The notes beneath the pieces are model-generated. The model saw only the letters and a list, made by a program, of their open reading frames with translations, had not been told where the DNA came from and made no database searches. Made by a program: the position numbers and the translations under genes. This document shows, in pieces, positions 13,217 to 25,718 of a DNA stretch of 64,000 bases. This DNA is from Deinococcus sp. (GTDB lineage Bacteria > Deinococcota > Deinococci > Deinococcales > Deinococcaceae). The stretch is from positions 1,792,001 through 1,856,000 of the forward strand of contig OZ253375.1 of the NCBI GenBank assembly GCA_965261005.1. The letters are read 5' to 3'. The first letter of the stretch is position 1. Every line of letters starts with the position of its first letter.

Positions 13217-13834
13217 TTATTCATCCGCGACCCCGACTTCCAGCCCGGCCGCCGCCACGTTCTCCACCACGCCGTCGATCAGGCCGTAGTCTTTCGCCTC
13301 GACGGGGGACATGAAGTAGTCGCGCTCCATGTCGCGCAGCAGCTTGTCCTGCGGCAGGTCGGTGTGCTTGTGGTAAAGGGAGATCATCTTGTCGCGCAGG
13401 TACAGAACTTCCTTGGCCTGTACCTCCACGTCGGGGGTGTTCCCCCGAAAGCCCGAGCTGCCTTGGTGAATCATGATGCGCGAGTTGGGCGTGGCGTAGC
13501 GCTTGCCGCCGTCCCCGGCCATCAGGATCACGCTGCCCATGCTCATGGCGATGCCCACGCAAATGGTCGAGATGGGCGCCTTGATGTACTGCATGGTGTC
13601 GTAGATGGCCAGGCCCGCGTACACCTCGCCGCCAGGGCAATTGATGTAGAGCTGGATTTCGCGCTCGGGGTTCTGGCTGTCCAGCAGCAAGAGCTGCGCC
13701 ACGATGGTGTTGGCGACGTTGCTGTCGATGGGGGTGCCCAGAAAGATGATGCGGTCTTTTAAGAGGCGCGAGTAGATGTCGTACATGCGCTCGCCGCGCC
13801 CGGTCTGCTCGATCACGTAGGGAATCACGCTCAT
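13217..13834 (-). CDS. clpP: ATP-dependent Clp protease proteolytic subunit
   Basis: [38 protein letters not shown] lies 7 nt before ATG 13834 (leaderless). Confidence 0.97.
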   Translation of the reverse strand: MSVIPYVIEQTGRGERMYDIYSRLLKDRIIFLGTPIDSNVANTIVAQLLLLDSQNPEREIQLYINCPGGEVYAGLAIYDTMQYIKAPISTICVGIAMSMGSVILMAGDGGKRYATPNSRIMIHQGSSGFRGNTPDVEVQAKEVLYLRDKMISLYHKHTDLPQDKLLRDMERDYFMSPVEAKDYGLIDGVVENVAAAGLEVGVADE

Positions 13835-13884
13835 GCCCGGCATTATAGGGCCGGAAAAATGTGGGGACCGCCGAAACTCCGCAT

Positions 13885-13932
13885 CCCGTCACACCAAGCG
13901 CCCGTCACACCAGACAACCATCACACCAGACG
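13885..13932. repeat. 3 x 16-bp tandem repeat (core TCACACCA)
   Basis: CCCGTCACACCAAGCG / CCCGTCACACCAGACA / ACCATCACACCAGACG. Confidence 0.75.
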
Positions 13933-14301
13933 AACCGGGGCGCCGTACTGCGCCAATTGCCGGTCGTGCGTCAGCAGAATCAGCGGTTCGCTTTGGCTTT
14001 GGGCGATCAGGGCACGGTCGAAGGGGTCCCCATGCAGCTCGGGCAGCTCGGAGACGCGCAGGGCGTGGCGCTCGTCGAAGGGTAAAAAGAGAAAACCATT
14101 TTTTCTGCTCTCTGCCATCAGCCCGTCGAGGCTGACGTCGAGTTTCCCGCTCGCCCGTTTGATGACGACCTCCCACAGGCTGATGCTGCTGACGAACACC
14201 TCCACTTCCGGGTTCGATAGCATGGCCCGCACCTCGTTCGAGAGCCTGGGGTCGTCTCGCACCCACCACAACAGAATATGGGTATCCAGCAGGACCCTCA
14301 T
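13921..14301 (-). CDS. PIN-domain (VapC) toxin
   Basis: LLDTHILLW; SISLWE; HGDPFDRALIAQ; LLTHD. Confidence 0.93.
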   Translation of the reverse strand: MRVLLDTHILLWWVRDDPRLSNEVRAMLSNPEVEVFVSSISLWEVVIKRASGKLDVSLDGLMAESRKNGFLFLPFDERHALRVSELPELHGDPFDRALIAQSQSEPLILLTHDRQLAQYGAPVRLV

Positions 14302-14534
14302 TCCTCACCCTCGAAAAAGCGCTGGATGTCGTCGGGCAGCGGCCCGTCGAAGTCCTCCGCGATCCACATTTCGCCCTTCAAGCCCCCCGGCTTTCTGACC
14401 TGGTCTCGTTGCAGCCCCACCAACCTCGCCACCGGCTTGCCAGCCCGCGCCAGCACGATCTCCTCGCCGGCCTCCACGGCCTCGATCAGTTTGGACAGCT
14501 GGGTTTTCGCCTCGTGAATGTTCACCTGACGCAT
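14298..14534 (-). CDS. Phd/YefM family antitoxin
   Basis: VNIHEAKTQLSKLIEAVEAGEEIVLARAGKPVARL. Overlaps the toxin start (ATGA). Confidence 0.93.
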   Translation of the reverse strand: MRQVNIHEAKTQLSKLIEAVEAGEEIVLARAGKPVARLVGLQRDQVRKPGGLKGEMWIAEDFDGPLPDDIQRFFEGEE

Positions 14535-14583
14535 CTGGACCTCCGAGCTTAGTTTAACTTAGCGGGGAACGGAAACCAAAAGA

Positions 14584-14685
14584 GCATTGCCGGGAAGCAA
14601 CGGCACTCAGCGATCATCCCTTATGGCTGCTTCCTTCCGGACCTGACCAGGTTCGAGCGTCGCCGCTGCGTTGCGCCAGCAATGC
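14584..14685 (-). ncRNA. ffs: signal recognition particle RNA (small bacterial SRP)
   Basis: Minus strand has GTCAGGTCCGGAAGGAAGCAGC in a long hairpin closed by GCATTGC/GCAATGC. TAGACT -10 lies just upstream. Confidence 0.95.
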
Positions 14686-14788
14686 GAGGGGCAGTCTAGC
14701 AAACCCGCGCGGCGGGGAACGTGGGCGGGCGCCTTCACGTGACCTTCAAACGGGCGGTCCCTTTCGCCCCAGCCGCTAGCATGACCCA

Positions 14789-15730
<942 letters not shown>

Positions 15731-15779
15731 AGGTAGAAAAAACTCCCACGCCCCGGTTCGCAGGCTCTACCATCCCCGC

Positions 15780-16691
15780 ATGACCCTGGCCATTCAGACC
15801 ACCGCCCTGCGCAAGGAGTACCGCGGCAAGCCGGTGGTGGATTCCCTCGACCTCGACGTGGCGCGCGGCGAGGTCTTCGGCTTTCTCGGCCCCAACGGCG
15901 CGGGCAAGAGCACCACCGTCAAGATGCTGCTGGGCTTGGTGCGGCCCACCTCCGGCGAGTTGCGCGTGCTGGGCGGCAGCGTGGAAAACTTGAACGTGCG
16001 GCGCCAGCTCGGCTTTCTGCCCGAGCAGTTCCGCTTTCACACCTGGATGACCGGGGAGGAGTTCCTGACCTTTCACGGCCGCTTGGCGGGCCTTTCGCCG
16101 CGCCAGGTGCGCGAGCGCATCCCGGACGCCCTGGCGCTGGTGGGCCTCGCCGGGCGCGGGCGCGAGGAGTTGCGCGGCTACTCCAAGGGGATGCTTCAGC
16201 GCGCCGGCATCGCGCAGGCGCTGATTCACACGCCCAAGCTGGTCTTTCTCGACGAGCCGACCAGCGCCCTCGATCCCCTCGGCCGGGTGGAGGTCCGCAA
16301 CATCATCCGCTCACTCAAAGACTCGGACGTGACGGTCTTTCTGAACTCGCACCTCCTCAGCGAGGTGGAGCAGACCTGCGACCGGGTCGCCTTTGTGGAC
16401 AAGGGGCGGGTGCTGCGGGCCGGCACCTTGGAGGAGATTCTGGGGCCGGTGAAAATTTTGGAACTGCGCGTGGACCGCCTCAGCCCGGAACTCTCAAGGG
16501 CGCTGCGCAAGTTGGGCGCCGTGAGGCCGGGCTTGGAGGGACGCGCCCGCATGGAGCTGAACGCAGGCGTGGACGCCGCGCAGGTGGCGGACGCGGTCGT
16601 GAAGGGCGGCGGCAAGCTCTTTGAGCTGACGCCGCACCGCCCGGCCCTGGAGGACGTGTTCGTGGAATTGATCGAGGGGGAGGGGAATTGA
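15780..16691 (+). CDS. ABC transporter ATP-binding protein
   Basis: GPNGAGKST; YSKGM; FLDEPT; NSHLL. Confidence 0.95.
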   Translation: MTLAIQTTALRKEYRGKPVVDSLDLDVARGEVFGFLGPNGAGKSTTVKMLLGLVRPTSGELRVLGGSVENLNVRRQLGFLPEQFRFHTWMTGEEFLTFHGRLAGLSPRQVRERIPDALALVGLAGRGREELRGYSKGMLQRAGIAQALIHTPKLVFLDEPTSALDPLGRVEVRNIIRSLKDSDVTVFLNSHLLSEVEQTCDRVAFVDKGRVLRAGTLEEILGPVKILELRVDRLSPELSRALRKLGAVRPGLEGRARMELNAGVDAAQVADAVVKGGGKLFELTPHRPALEDVFVELIEGEGN

Positions 16692-17557
16692 GGAACATCC
16701 TGCTGGTCACCGAGCTGACCCTGCGCGAGGCGACCCGGCGCCGCTTGGTGCTGGTGCTGTTCGGCCTCACGCTGGTCTTTCTGGGCTTTTACCTTTACGG
16801 CGTCCACCTTTTGCAGGTGCGGCTGACCGAGCGCGCCGGGGACCTCGGCTTCGACCGCCCACTGCAATCGGCCCAGACCAGCTACGCCACCACGGCCCTG
16901 TTCGGGCTGTACCTGGTCAATTTTCTGGGCGGCTTGATGGCGGTGCTGTCCAGCGTGGGCGCCGTCAGCGGCGAGGTGGAGTCGGGCACGTTGCAGGCGG
17001 TCGCCTACAAGCCGGTGTCGCGCGCCCAGATCGTGGCGGGCAAGTGGCTGGGCTTCGCGGTCATCAACCTCGCCTACATCACGCTGCTGTCGGCGGGCTT
17101 ACTTTGGGGCGTGCGGCTGATTACCGGCTTCGCGCCGCCGAGTCCGGTGCCGGCCATTCTCCTGATGGACCTGTCGGTGCTGCTGCTGCTGACGCTGACC
17201 ATTCTGGGCGGCACGCTGTTTTCCACCCTTGCCAACGGCATCGGCGTCTTTTTGCTGTACGGCCTGGGCTTCGCGGGCGGCATCCTGAGTTCGGTGGGCG
17301 GCTTCACCGACACGCCCCTCTTGGTGCGGCTGGGGTTATACAGCCAGTACGTGATGCCCGCCGACGCCCTATGGAAGGGCGCCTCGTACTATCTGCAAAC
17401 GCCCGAGCTGCTCACCTTTCAACGCTTCGCGCGCGGCGGCGGCAACCCCTTTCTGGGCATAGACCCGCCGGCGACGGCCTTTCTGGTCTGGGCCGGACTG
17501 TACGTGCTGCTGGCGCTGGGGCTGGCGCTGTTGGTGTTTAGGCGGCGTGATCTCTAG
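16688..17557 (+). CDS. ABC-2 type permease
   Basis: Multiple TM segments; EVESGTL..KPVSRAQIVAGKWLG. Overlaps the ATPase stop. Confidence 0.9.
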   Translation: MRNILLVTELTLREATRRRLVLVLFGLTLVFLGFYLYGVHLLQVRLTERAGDLGFDRPLQSAQTSYATTALFGLYLVNFLGGLMAVLSSVGAVSGEVESGTLQAVAYKPVSRAQIVAGKWLGFAVINLAYITLLSAGLLWGVRLITGFAPPSPVPAILLMDLSVLLLLTLTILGGTLFSTLANGIGVFLLYGLGFAGGILSSVGGFTDTPLLVRLGLYSQYVMPADALWKGASYYLQTPELLTFQRFARGGGNPFLGIDPPATAFLVWAGLYVLLALGLALLVFRRRDL

Positions 17558-17566
17558 AATGCGCGG

Positions 17567-18646
17567 GTGCCACGCCGCTTCGCGCTGCTCGCCGCCCTGA
17601 GCTTGATTGGGGCCGCGTATGGAGGTTCCGTGACCCAGCCCCTGCCCACCTTGCCCGCCCTACACCTGGAGCGTTCCGCCAACTTCGCGCGGGGCAAGTT
17701 GCATGACCTCGTTCTTGGCCCGGACGGCGCGCTGCGCCTGGCGGAAAACGCCAAGACCGGCACGTTAGAGTCGCTTCCCACCCAGACCGTCCCCTTCAGG
17801 GAGCTGCTGCCGTCGTGGAACGCCCTCACACCTCCCGGCACCTGGCTCACGCTGGAGGTGCGCGCCCAAGTGGACGGGCGCTGGACGAAGTACTACAGCT
17901 TCGGCCGCTGGACCGGCGACGCGGGGCGCGCCAGCCTGAAGGGTCAGGGCGACGAGGGCGGCGATGTGCTGACCGACACCCTGCGCCTCAAGAAAGCGGC
18001 CCAGCGCTACCAGTACCGCCTCACGCTCGGCTCGGAGCGCCCGGGCCTATCCCCGGGCGTGCGTCTGATCGCCCTGACCGCCACCGGCAAGGTTTCGGCG
18101 GGCGGCGCCCCCTCCGACCGCGCCGCCTGGGGCAAGCTGCTTAACGTCCCCGCGCGCTCCCAAATGGTCTTTCCGGCGGGCGAGGGCTGGTGCTCGCCCA
18201 CCTCGCTGAGCATGGTGCTGGCCTACTGGGGCTTTGAGGTCAGCGTGCCCGAGGCGGCGGCGGGCACCTATGACAAGACCTATGAGGGCACCGGCAACTG
18301 GGCCTTCAACGCCGCCTACGCCGCCAGCTTGGGCGTCACGGCTTATACCACCCGTCTGAACGGCCTAGGGGACGTGGAGCGCTTGATCCTCTCCGGCGTG
18401 CCGGTGATCCTGAGCGTCGGCTGGAAGCCGGGCGAGCTGCCGGGCGCCCCCATTCCCCGCTCCGACGGCCACCTGATCGTGGCGGTGGGCTTCGATCAGC
18501 GCGGCGACGTGGTCGTGAACGATCCCGCCGGCAAGGGGGACGCCGAGGTGCGGCACAGCTATCCCCGCGCGGCGCTGGAGCGGCTGTGGCTGTCGCACTC
18601 AGGTGGAGCGGCTTACGTGCTGTATCCGCCGGAGAAGGCGCCCTGA
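17567..18646 (+). CDS. secreted peptidase C39-like family protein
   Basis: Signal peptide; VPARSQM; WCSPTSLSMVLAYWG (Cys); GHLIVAVGF (His); VVNDPA. Confidence 0.88.
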   Translation: MPRRFALLAALSLIGAAYGGSVTQPLPTLPALHLERSANFARGKLHDLVLGPDGALRLAENAKTGTLESLPTQTVPFRELLPSWNALTPPGTWLTLEVRAQVDGRWTKYYSFGRWTGDAGRASLKGQGDEGGDVLTDTLRLKKAAQRYQYRLTLGSERPGLSPGVRLIALTATGKVSAGGAPSDRAAWGKLLNVPARSQMVFPAGEGWCSPTSLSMVLAYWGFEVSVPEAAAGTYDKTYEGTGNWAFNAAYAASLGVTAYTTRLNGLGDVERLILSGVPVILSVGWKPGELPGAPIPRSDGHLIVAVGFDQRGDVVVNDPAGKGDAEVRHSYPRAALERLWLSHSGGAAYVLYPPEKAP

Positions 18647-18654
18647 AATCCAAA

Positions 18655-18818
18655 CTGTTCCGGACCGCATATAACCCAATGTGCGGACCCTCCTCCCTCC
18701 CCCCTCGAAAGAGTCCCCGCTCTTTTGCGGTCCGCACACTTAACGACGCCGGCGCTCGTCCCCTCCTCTGAGCGCCGGCCCCAACGTTTCACCCCCGCCC
18801 AAGCGGGGGTGCCTTTTT
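18655..18818 (+). ncRNA. candidate structured sRNA or 3'UTR element
   Basis: Three consecutive stem-loops, two with CU-rich loops, ending in a GC hairpin plus U-tract. Confidence 0.35.
18790..18818 (+). terminator. intrinsic terminator
   Basis: CACCCCCGC-CCAA-GCGGGGGTG followed by CCTTTTT. Confidence 0.7.
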
Positions 18819-19812
18819 ATTCTCCGAGCGCCCCGTTCCCGATAGCCCAGCCCCCGATGACCCAATCGAAGCTGTCGCGCGCCCGCGCCTGCATGGCCGC
18901 CACGGCGTCCCAATCGGGGGCGCGGTTTCCCTCAATCTCACCCAGCAGCGCGGCCACGTCGAAGTCCGTCGCATGAACGGGCGCCCCGGCGTCGGTGCAG
19001 AAGCCGGCCACCTTGGGGTCGTAGCTGACGCCCGCGAAGGGCACCTGCGCCGCCGCCGCCAGGATGACCGCGTGCAGCCGCACGCCGACGACAAAGCCCG
19101 CGCCCGCGATGGCGTCAAGGGCCACCTGCGGCTCCCCGGTCGAGATGATCTCCCCGCCGATCAGGCGCGCCTCCGCGTCGTCATGTTGAGGCTGGAGGCT
19201 GAGGGCCACCACCTCGCGCCCGTTCGCGCGCAGGCGGGCCGCCAAGTCGGCCAGCTGCTCGGTCGCCCCGCGCTGCCCGCCGCGCGGCGCGAGCACCACC
19301 CGCGCTGGGTTGCGCCCGACTTGGCCGGGTTCCAGCAACAAAGCCGGGTCGCCGCCCAGCTTGGCCTCCACGCCCAAGCCGCGCAGCGTCTCCAAGCTGC
19401 CCCGGTCGCGCACGATGGTCGGCACGCCCCCCAGGGACGCCGCCACCCGCCGCCCACCCGCCGCGCTGAGGGGACCGACGCTCTGGTTGAACACGGCCGC
19501 CTGCTTGCCCAACCACCGCGCCAAGCGGATCAGGCCCAGGTAGTAGGTCAGGGTGCGCGCCGAGGTGCCGTCTTGCAGCAAGCCGCCTCCCCCCGACAGC
19601 AGCAGATCGCAGGCGGCCACGGCCCCGAGGAGACCCAGCGGGTGCATCCGCGGCGCGGCCCTGACGCCGTAGGTGCGCGCCGTCGCTGCGGGCGTGTTCG
19701 AAAGCACGTTGACGCGGTGCCCGCGCGCCGTGAGTTCGCGGGTGATGGCGAGCAAGATGGCCTCGTCGCCGGTGTTGTCAAAGCCGTAGTAGCCGCTCAG
19801 GAGGATGTTCAC
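18817..19812 (-). CDS. csaB: polysaccharide pyruvyl transferase CsaB
   Basis: SGYYGFDNTGDEAIL; SGGGGLLQD; QSVGPL; VRDRGS; RLHAVI; SYDPKV. Confidence 0.93.
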   Translation of the reverse strand: MNILLSGYYGFDNTGDEAILLAITRELTARGHRVNVLSNTPAATARTYGVRAAPRMHPLGLLGAVAACDLLLSGGGGLLQDGTSARTLTYYLGLIRLARWLGKQAAVFNQSVGPLSAAGGRRVAASLGGVPTIVRDRGSLETLRGLGVEAKLGGDPALLLEPGQVGRNPARVVLAPRGGQRGATEQLADLAARLRANGREVVALSLQPQHDDAEARLIGGEIISTGEPQVALDAIAGAGFVVGVRLHAVILAAAAQVPFAGVSYDPKVAGFCTDAGAPVHATDFDVAALLGEIEGNRAPDWDAVAAMQARARDSFDWVIGGWAIGNGALGE

Positions 19813-19819
19813 GCGCGTC

Positions 19820-21661
19820 TCAGTCGCCCGTCGCCGGCTCCACCTTGTGCGCGCCGCGCCGCTCGGGCGGTCCGGCGCGCACGAAGCGCACGCCCCAGGC
19901 CAGCAGCGGCAGCAGGATAAAGCCGATGGCGCCGCCGATCAGGATGCCGTTGAGGGCGCGCTCCAGCGAGATCAGCAGCGGGGTGTGAAAGTGCGAGAAG
20001 GTATTGAGAATGCTCGACTGTCCCACCACACCGCCCAGCAGCAGCAGGTTGGCGAAGTACGGCGGAAAGCGCCCCGAAAGGCCCAGCAGGGCCGCCGGGT
20101 GGCCGGCCAACTCCTTGAAGCGCGGCCGGATGATGTTGTCCTGCAAGAGGGCGCGCACCTTGGTCTCGGCGGCGCTGACGCCCACGGCGGGCGTGTTGCC
20201 GCGCCGCAGCACGATCAAGGCGATGGCCGCCAGCGCCACCAAGATGATCGCCACGTCCCCGAGGCGCATGGGGGTGGTGTAAAGGTCGCTGGCAGTCTGG
20301 CGGATGTCTTGGCGCGGCAACAGGCTCAGCGCGAACAGGCCCAGCGGCACCACCAGGGTCAGGCCCACCCCGCGGAAGGGGTCGAGGCCCAGCATCGAGA
20401 GGCGGTCGGCGCCCAGCGCGGCCACGAAAAAGACGCCCATCAGGCTCAGGCCGGTCGCCAGCAGCCAGTCGGTCGGGCGACTCCGGCGCAGCACGAAGCC
20501 CAGCGCCGGAAAGACCACCGCCGCCAGCAGGGCGCCCGAGGCGAGGGGGGCGCCGCCGTTCACGACCACGACCAGCGCGAGGGTGCCCAGCGCGACCAGG
20601 GCGCCCAGGCGCGCCAAGGGGTAGCCCAGCGCCAACAGCGCGAGCGCCAGCAGCGGCCCCAGCAGCGAGGCGTACCGGAGCGCCGCGCTCGGCGTGTAGC
20701 TGGCAATGTTGGGCACGCCGATCCCGATGCCCGCCTTGGTCAAGCCCGCCCGCATGGTGTTCAGAAACTGGTCGGTGTTCGCCACCGTGTCGAAGGGGCG
20801 CACGTACAGCAGCTTGAGGCTGCGCTCGCGGGCAGCCAGCACGAACTTGCCGGCGACCTCGTTCGGCTCCAGCAGCGCCTGCCACTCGGGCCGAATCGAA
20901 AAGAGCCGGATGGCCGGGTGGTCCGCGATCAGGGTGCCGAGGCCCTTTTGCGGGTTGCTCTCGATAATGGCCGGCACCCGCGTCCCGAGGCGCGCGTTCA
21001 CCTGCGCGAGGCGCGCCGGGCTGTCGGCGCCCACCACCTTGAGGCCGTTGAAGGCGACGTAGCGCACGTCCGGCCAATCGGCGGCCACGCTCTTGACCGC
21101 CAAGCTGTCGAAGGGGCGGTACACGAGCTGGTAGCCTTGCCGCTGCAAGCTCCCGATCAGGGCGGTGTTGGGGCCGGCCGGCACCCCGCCGATGGGGACC
21201 GACCAGCCGGTCCAGGTCAGGCCGTCCGCCGTGACGTCCTCGGTGGCGTAGCTGTAGCGCGCCCTCAGCGCCCGCACGGCGCCGGGCTTGACCGGGCGTA
21301 GGTACGTCCAACTGGGGTTGAAGCCGGCCTGCGGATTCTGCGCGAACAGCTCGGCGCCGCTTTTCAGGGCGATCTCGCCGCGCTGCACCTGGTTGGCGAC
21401 CACATCCTCGTAGACGGCCACGCCGTTGACGCCGAGGCTGCGGTAGTGCGCCAGCAGGTCCTGCTCGCTTCTCCCCACGCCGCGCGCCTGCTGCGCGAGG
21501 TCGGTCCAGTCCATCACGACGGCGACGGTGCGCTCACGCCCCTCGAAACGGACGCGGGTGTAGGCCAGCCACAAGGCTGGAATCAAGCTGAGCAGCAACA
21601 AAACCAGGAGCGCGCGCCGGGCGGTTCGCGCGGCGGGCGTGGGGGGAGGTGAGGCGAGCAC
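19820..21661 (-). CDS. DUF5693 family membrane protein
   Basis: LAARERSLKLLYVRP; FRGV; RPRFKELAGHP; GQSSILNTFSHFHTP. Typical csaB neighbour. Confidence 0.85.
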   Translation of the reverse strand: MLASPPPTPAARTARRALLVLLLLSLIPALWLAYTRVRFEGRERTVAVVMDWTDLAQQARGVGRSEQDLLAHYRSLGVNGVAVYEDVVANQVQRGEIALKSGAELFAQNPQAGFNPSWTYLRPVKPGAVRALRARYSYATEDVTADGLTWTGWSVPIGGVPAGPNTALIGSLQRQGYQLVYRPFDSLAVKSVAADWPDVRYVAFNGLKVVGADSPARLAQVNARLGTRVPAIIESNPQKGLGTLIADHPAIRLFSIRPEWQALLEPNEVAGKFVLAARERSLKLLYVRPFDTVANTDQFLNTMRAGLTKAGIGIGVPNIASYTPSAALRYASLLGPLLALALLALGYPLARLGALVALGTLALVVVVNGGAPLASGALLAAVVFPALGFVLRRSRPTDWLLATGLSLMGVFFVAALGADRLSMLGLDPFRGVGLTLVVPLGLFALSLLPRQDIRQTASDLYTTPMRLGDVAIILVALAAIALIVLRRGNTPAVGVSAAETKVRALLQDNIIRPRFKELAGHPAALLGLSGRFPPYFANLLLLGGVVGQSSILNTFSHFHTPLLISLERALNGILIGGAIGFILLPLLAWGVRFVRAGPPERRGAHKVEPATGD

Positions 21662-21726
21662 GGCTCAGTATTGCCCAAAGGGCCGAGGTTGGCATGAATG
21701 GGGCTGGCGTGAAGGCGGGAGAAGCT

Positions 21727-23444
<1,718 letters not shown>

Positions 23445-23498
23445 TCCGGCCCCCAGTATACGAACCCGAAGTCTGGGCGCCAACAGCCGAGCAAAGCG

Positions 23499-23524
23499 AG
23501 GGGAGAACCGAACGGTTCTCCCCT
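23499..23524. terminator. hairpin downstream of tRNA-Ile
   Basis: GGGGAGAACCG-AA-CGGTTCTCCCC. Confidence 0.55.
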
Positions 23525-23551
23525 TATCACGCGTCCTGCGCGCTTTTTCTG

Positions 23552-23628
<77 letters not shown>

Positions 23629-23690
23629 ACAGAAGCGCCGCTTAGCTTAGCAAAAGCCGGCGGAGCTGTCAATTTTTCATTTTCTACTAT

Positions 23691-24368
23691 TTAGCCTTCC
23701 ACGGCGTAGGGAAACAGCAGCGCCGACACCACCACCGAGGCCACGTCGTAGAGCAGCAAGAACTCCAGCCAAGCGCCCCACTCCCCCGCCAAACCGCCCG
23801 CGAGCAGCAGGGTGGTGGCGCGCACGGTGGCGAGCACCACCGGCACCATCACCGGAAAGGCCAGCACCGGCAGCAAAGCCTCGCGGGCGCGCAAGTTGAC
23901 CGTGATGGCCGCGTAAAAGCAGCTGGTGGCCGCGAAGCCGAGCAGGCCCAGCAACACTGTGACCGTCAGCCAGCCCCAGACTTCACTTGCCGCGTTCTCT
24001 GCCGGGCGCAACCCCAGCAGCACCACCGCAACCGGCACGATGATCAGGGCCAGCAGCAGCAGTTGCGCGAAGGTGCCCAGCAGCTTGCCCAGGTACAGCG
24101 CCTCGTGCGGCGCCGGATACAGCAGCAGGGTGTCCAGCGCGCCCGCCTCCTGCTCGGCCGCAAAGGCGCGCCCCGCCGCAACCGCCGCCGAGAGGGCCAG
24201 GGCGCTCCACAACACCCCAGGCGCCGCCGCCGAGAGGCGCTCCGGTCCCAGCGCGAAGCCCAGAATCAGCATCAGGAGGCCCGCGAAGAAGATGCTGGCG
24301 GTCAGCACGTCGCGGGTGCGGCCCGAGAGTTGCCAATCCTTGAGGGCGACGGTCAGCAGGGTGCGCAC
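23691..24368 (-). CDS. ccmB: heme exporter protein CcmB
   Basis: AAAPGVLW; FAAEQEAGALDTLLL; REALLPVLAFPVMVPV. Confidence 0.9.
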   Translation of the reverse strand: MRTLLTVALKDWQLSGRTRDVLTASIFFAGLLMLILGFALGPERLSAAAPGVLWSALALSAAVAAGRAFAAEQEAGALDTLLLYPAPHEALYLGKLLGTFAQLLLLALIIVPVAVVLLGLRPAENAASEVWGWLTVTVLLGLLGFAATSCFYAAITVNLRAREALLPVLAFPVMVPVVLATVRATTLLLAGGLAGEWGAWLEFLLLYDVASVVVSALLFPYAVEG

Positions 24369-24375
24369 GGTACTG

Positions 24376-25032
24376 TTAGGGCCGCTCCAGCTGGCCGCCG
24401 CGCAACAGCAGCGCCCCGTCCGTCGCCCGCGCCGCGAGGTCTGGCTCGTGGGCGGCCAGCAGCAGGGTCGAGCCAGCCGCCCGCACCTCGCCGAGCAGCT
24501 CGATGGTCAGCGCGCGTCCGGCCGCGTCGAGGTTGGCGAAGGGTTCGTCCACCAGCAGCAGCGGGCGCCGCAGCAGCCACAGCCGCGCCAGGGCGACGCG
24601 CTTGCGCATGCCGGCGCTCAGGAAGCGCACGCGCTTGTCGGCCGCGCCCAGCAGGTCCACCCGCTTGAGGGCCGCGTCGGGATTTCCGGAAAGGCCGTGC
24701 ATGCGCAGCGCGAAGCCGAGGTTCTCGCGCGGCGTCAGGTCAGGGTACAGTCCAGCCTCGTGCGACAGCAGGTGGACGTGCTCGCGCGCCGCGCGGCGGT
24801 CGCGCAGATCGAAGCCGAACAGGCGACCCGCCCCCCGGGTTGGCCCCTGCGCCGAGGCCAGCAGGCGCAGCAAGCTGGTCTTGCCGGCGCCGTTTTCACC
24901 GAGGAGGGCCAGGCCTGCCCCCACCGGCAGGTCGAGGTCGAGGCCGCGCAGCACCAAGTCGCGCCCGTAGCGCAGCCACACGCCGCGCAATTGGACGGCG
25001 TAGGCGGGCGCGTTGTATTCGGAAAGGCTCAC
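24376..25032 (-). CDS. ccmA: heme ABC exporter ATP-binding protein CcmA
   Basis: GENGAGKT; LTPRENL; LSAGMRKRVALAR; DEPFANLD. GTG start overlaps the ccdA stop. Confidence 0.9.
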   Translation of the reverse strand: MSLSEYNAPAYAVQLRGVWLRYGRDLVLRGLDLDLPVGAGLALLGENGAGKTSLLRLLASAQGPTRGAGRLFGFDLRDRRAAREHVHLLSHEAGLYPDLTPRENLGFALRMHGLSGNPDAALKRVDLLGAADKRVRFLSAGMRKRVALARLWLLRRPLLLVDEPFANLDAAGRALTIELLGEVRAAGSTLLLAAHEPDLAARATDGALLLRGGQLERP

Positions 25033-25709
25033 AGCCGCTCGCGCAGCCAGGGCGGCGTCACCTCCAGGAAAAAGCCGGCCAAGCGGGTGAACTCCCCCGT
25101 GAAGATCAGCAGGCCGACCACCACCAGAATGGCGCCGCCCAGCTTCTCGAACAGCGGGCTGAGGCGCGTCAGGGCGCGCAAGTTCAGCTGCCGCCACAGC
25201 AGGGCCGCCACCAAAAAGGGCAGCGCCAAGCCCAGCGTGTAGGCCAGCAGCAGCCCCACGCCGCGCGCGAGGTCGGCGCTGCTGGCCGCGAGGCTCAGGA
25301 TGCTGCCCAGAATCGGCCCCAGGCAGGGACTCCAGCCGAAACCGAAGGCGGCTCCCAGCGCCACCGCCCCGTAGCGCTCGGCCCCCCCCATGCGCCTGGA
25401 GTCGAGCAGGCTGACGCGCGGGCGCAACCCCAGCATGAACAGCCCGAAAGCGATGATGAAGAGCGCCCCGACGCGCCCCAGCAAGATCTTGTGCGGCGCG
25501 ATCAAGGCGCCCAGGTAGCTGGCCGTCGCGCCCAGAATCATGAACACCAGGCCAAAGCCGAGCACGAAGCCCAGCGCCCGCACCAAGGGCGCTTTGCCGC
25601 CGCCCAGCACCCCCAGGTACGACGGCACCAGCGGCAGCACGCACGGCGACAAAAACGACAGCAGGCCCGCCGCAAAGGCGAGGGTCAGGCCGGGCACGCC
25701 GGAAGTCAC
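25029..25709 (-). CDS. ccdA: cytochrome c biogenesis protein CcdA
   Basis: SFLSPCVLPLVPSY; FGWSPCLGPILG; YTLGLALPF. Confidence 0.93.
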   Translation of the reverse strand: MTSGVPGLTLAFAAGLLSFLSPCVLPLVPSYLGVLGGGKAPLVRALGFVLGFGLVFMILGATASYLGALIAPHKILLGRVGALFIIAFGLFMLGLRPRVSLLDSRRMGGAERYGAVALGAAFGFGWSPCLGPILGSILSLAASSADLARGVGLLLAYTLGLALPFLVAALLWRQLNLRALTRLSPLFEKLGGAILVVVGLLIFTGEFTRLAGFFLEVTPPWLRERL

Positions 25710-25718
25710 CCCCTCACC

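Noticed and set aside
13885..13932. CRISPR mini-array
   Set aside because: The units are 16 bp and abut with no spacers, and there are no cas genes.
24376..25644. 422-aa extended CcmA
   Set aside because: The extension overlaps ccdA in another frame. The real start is the GTG at 25032.
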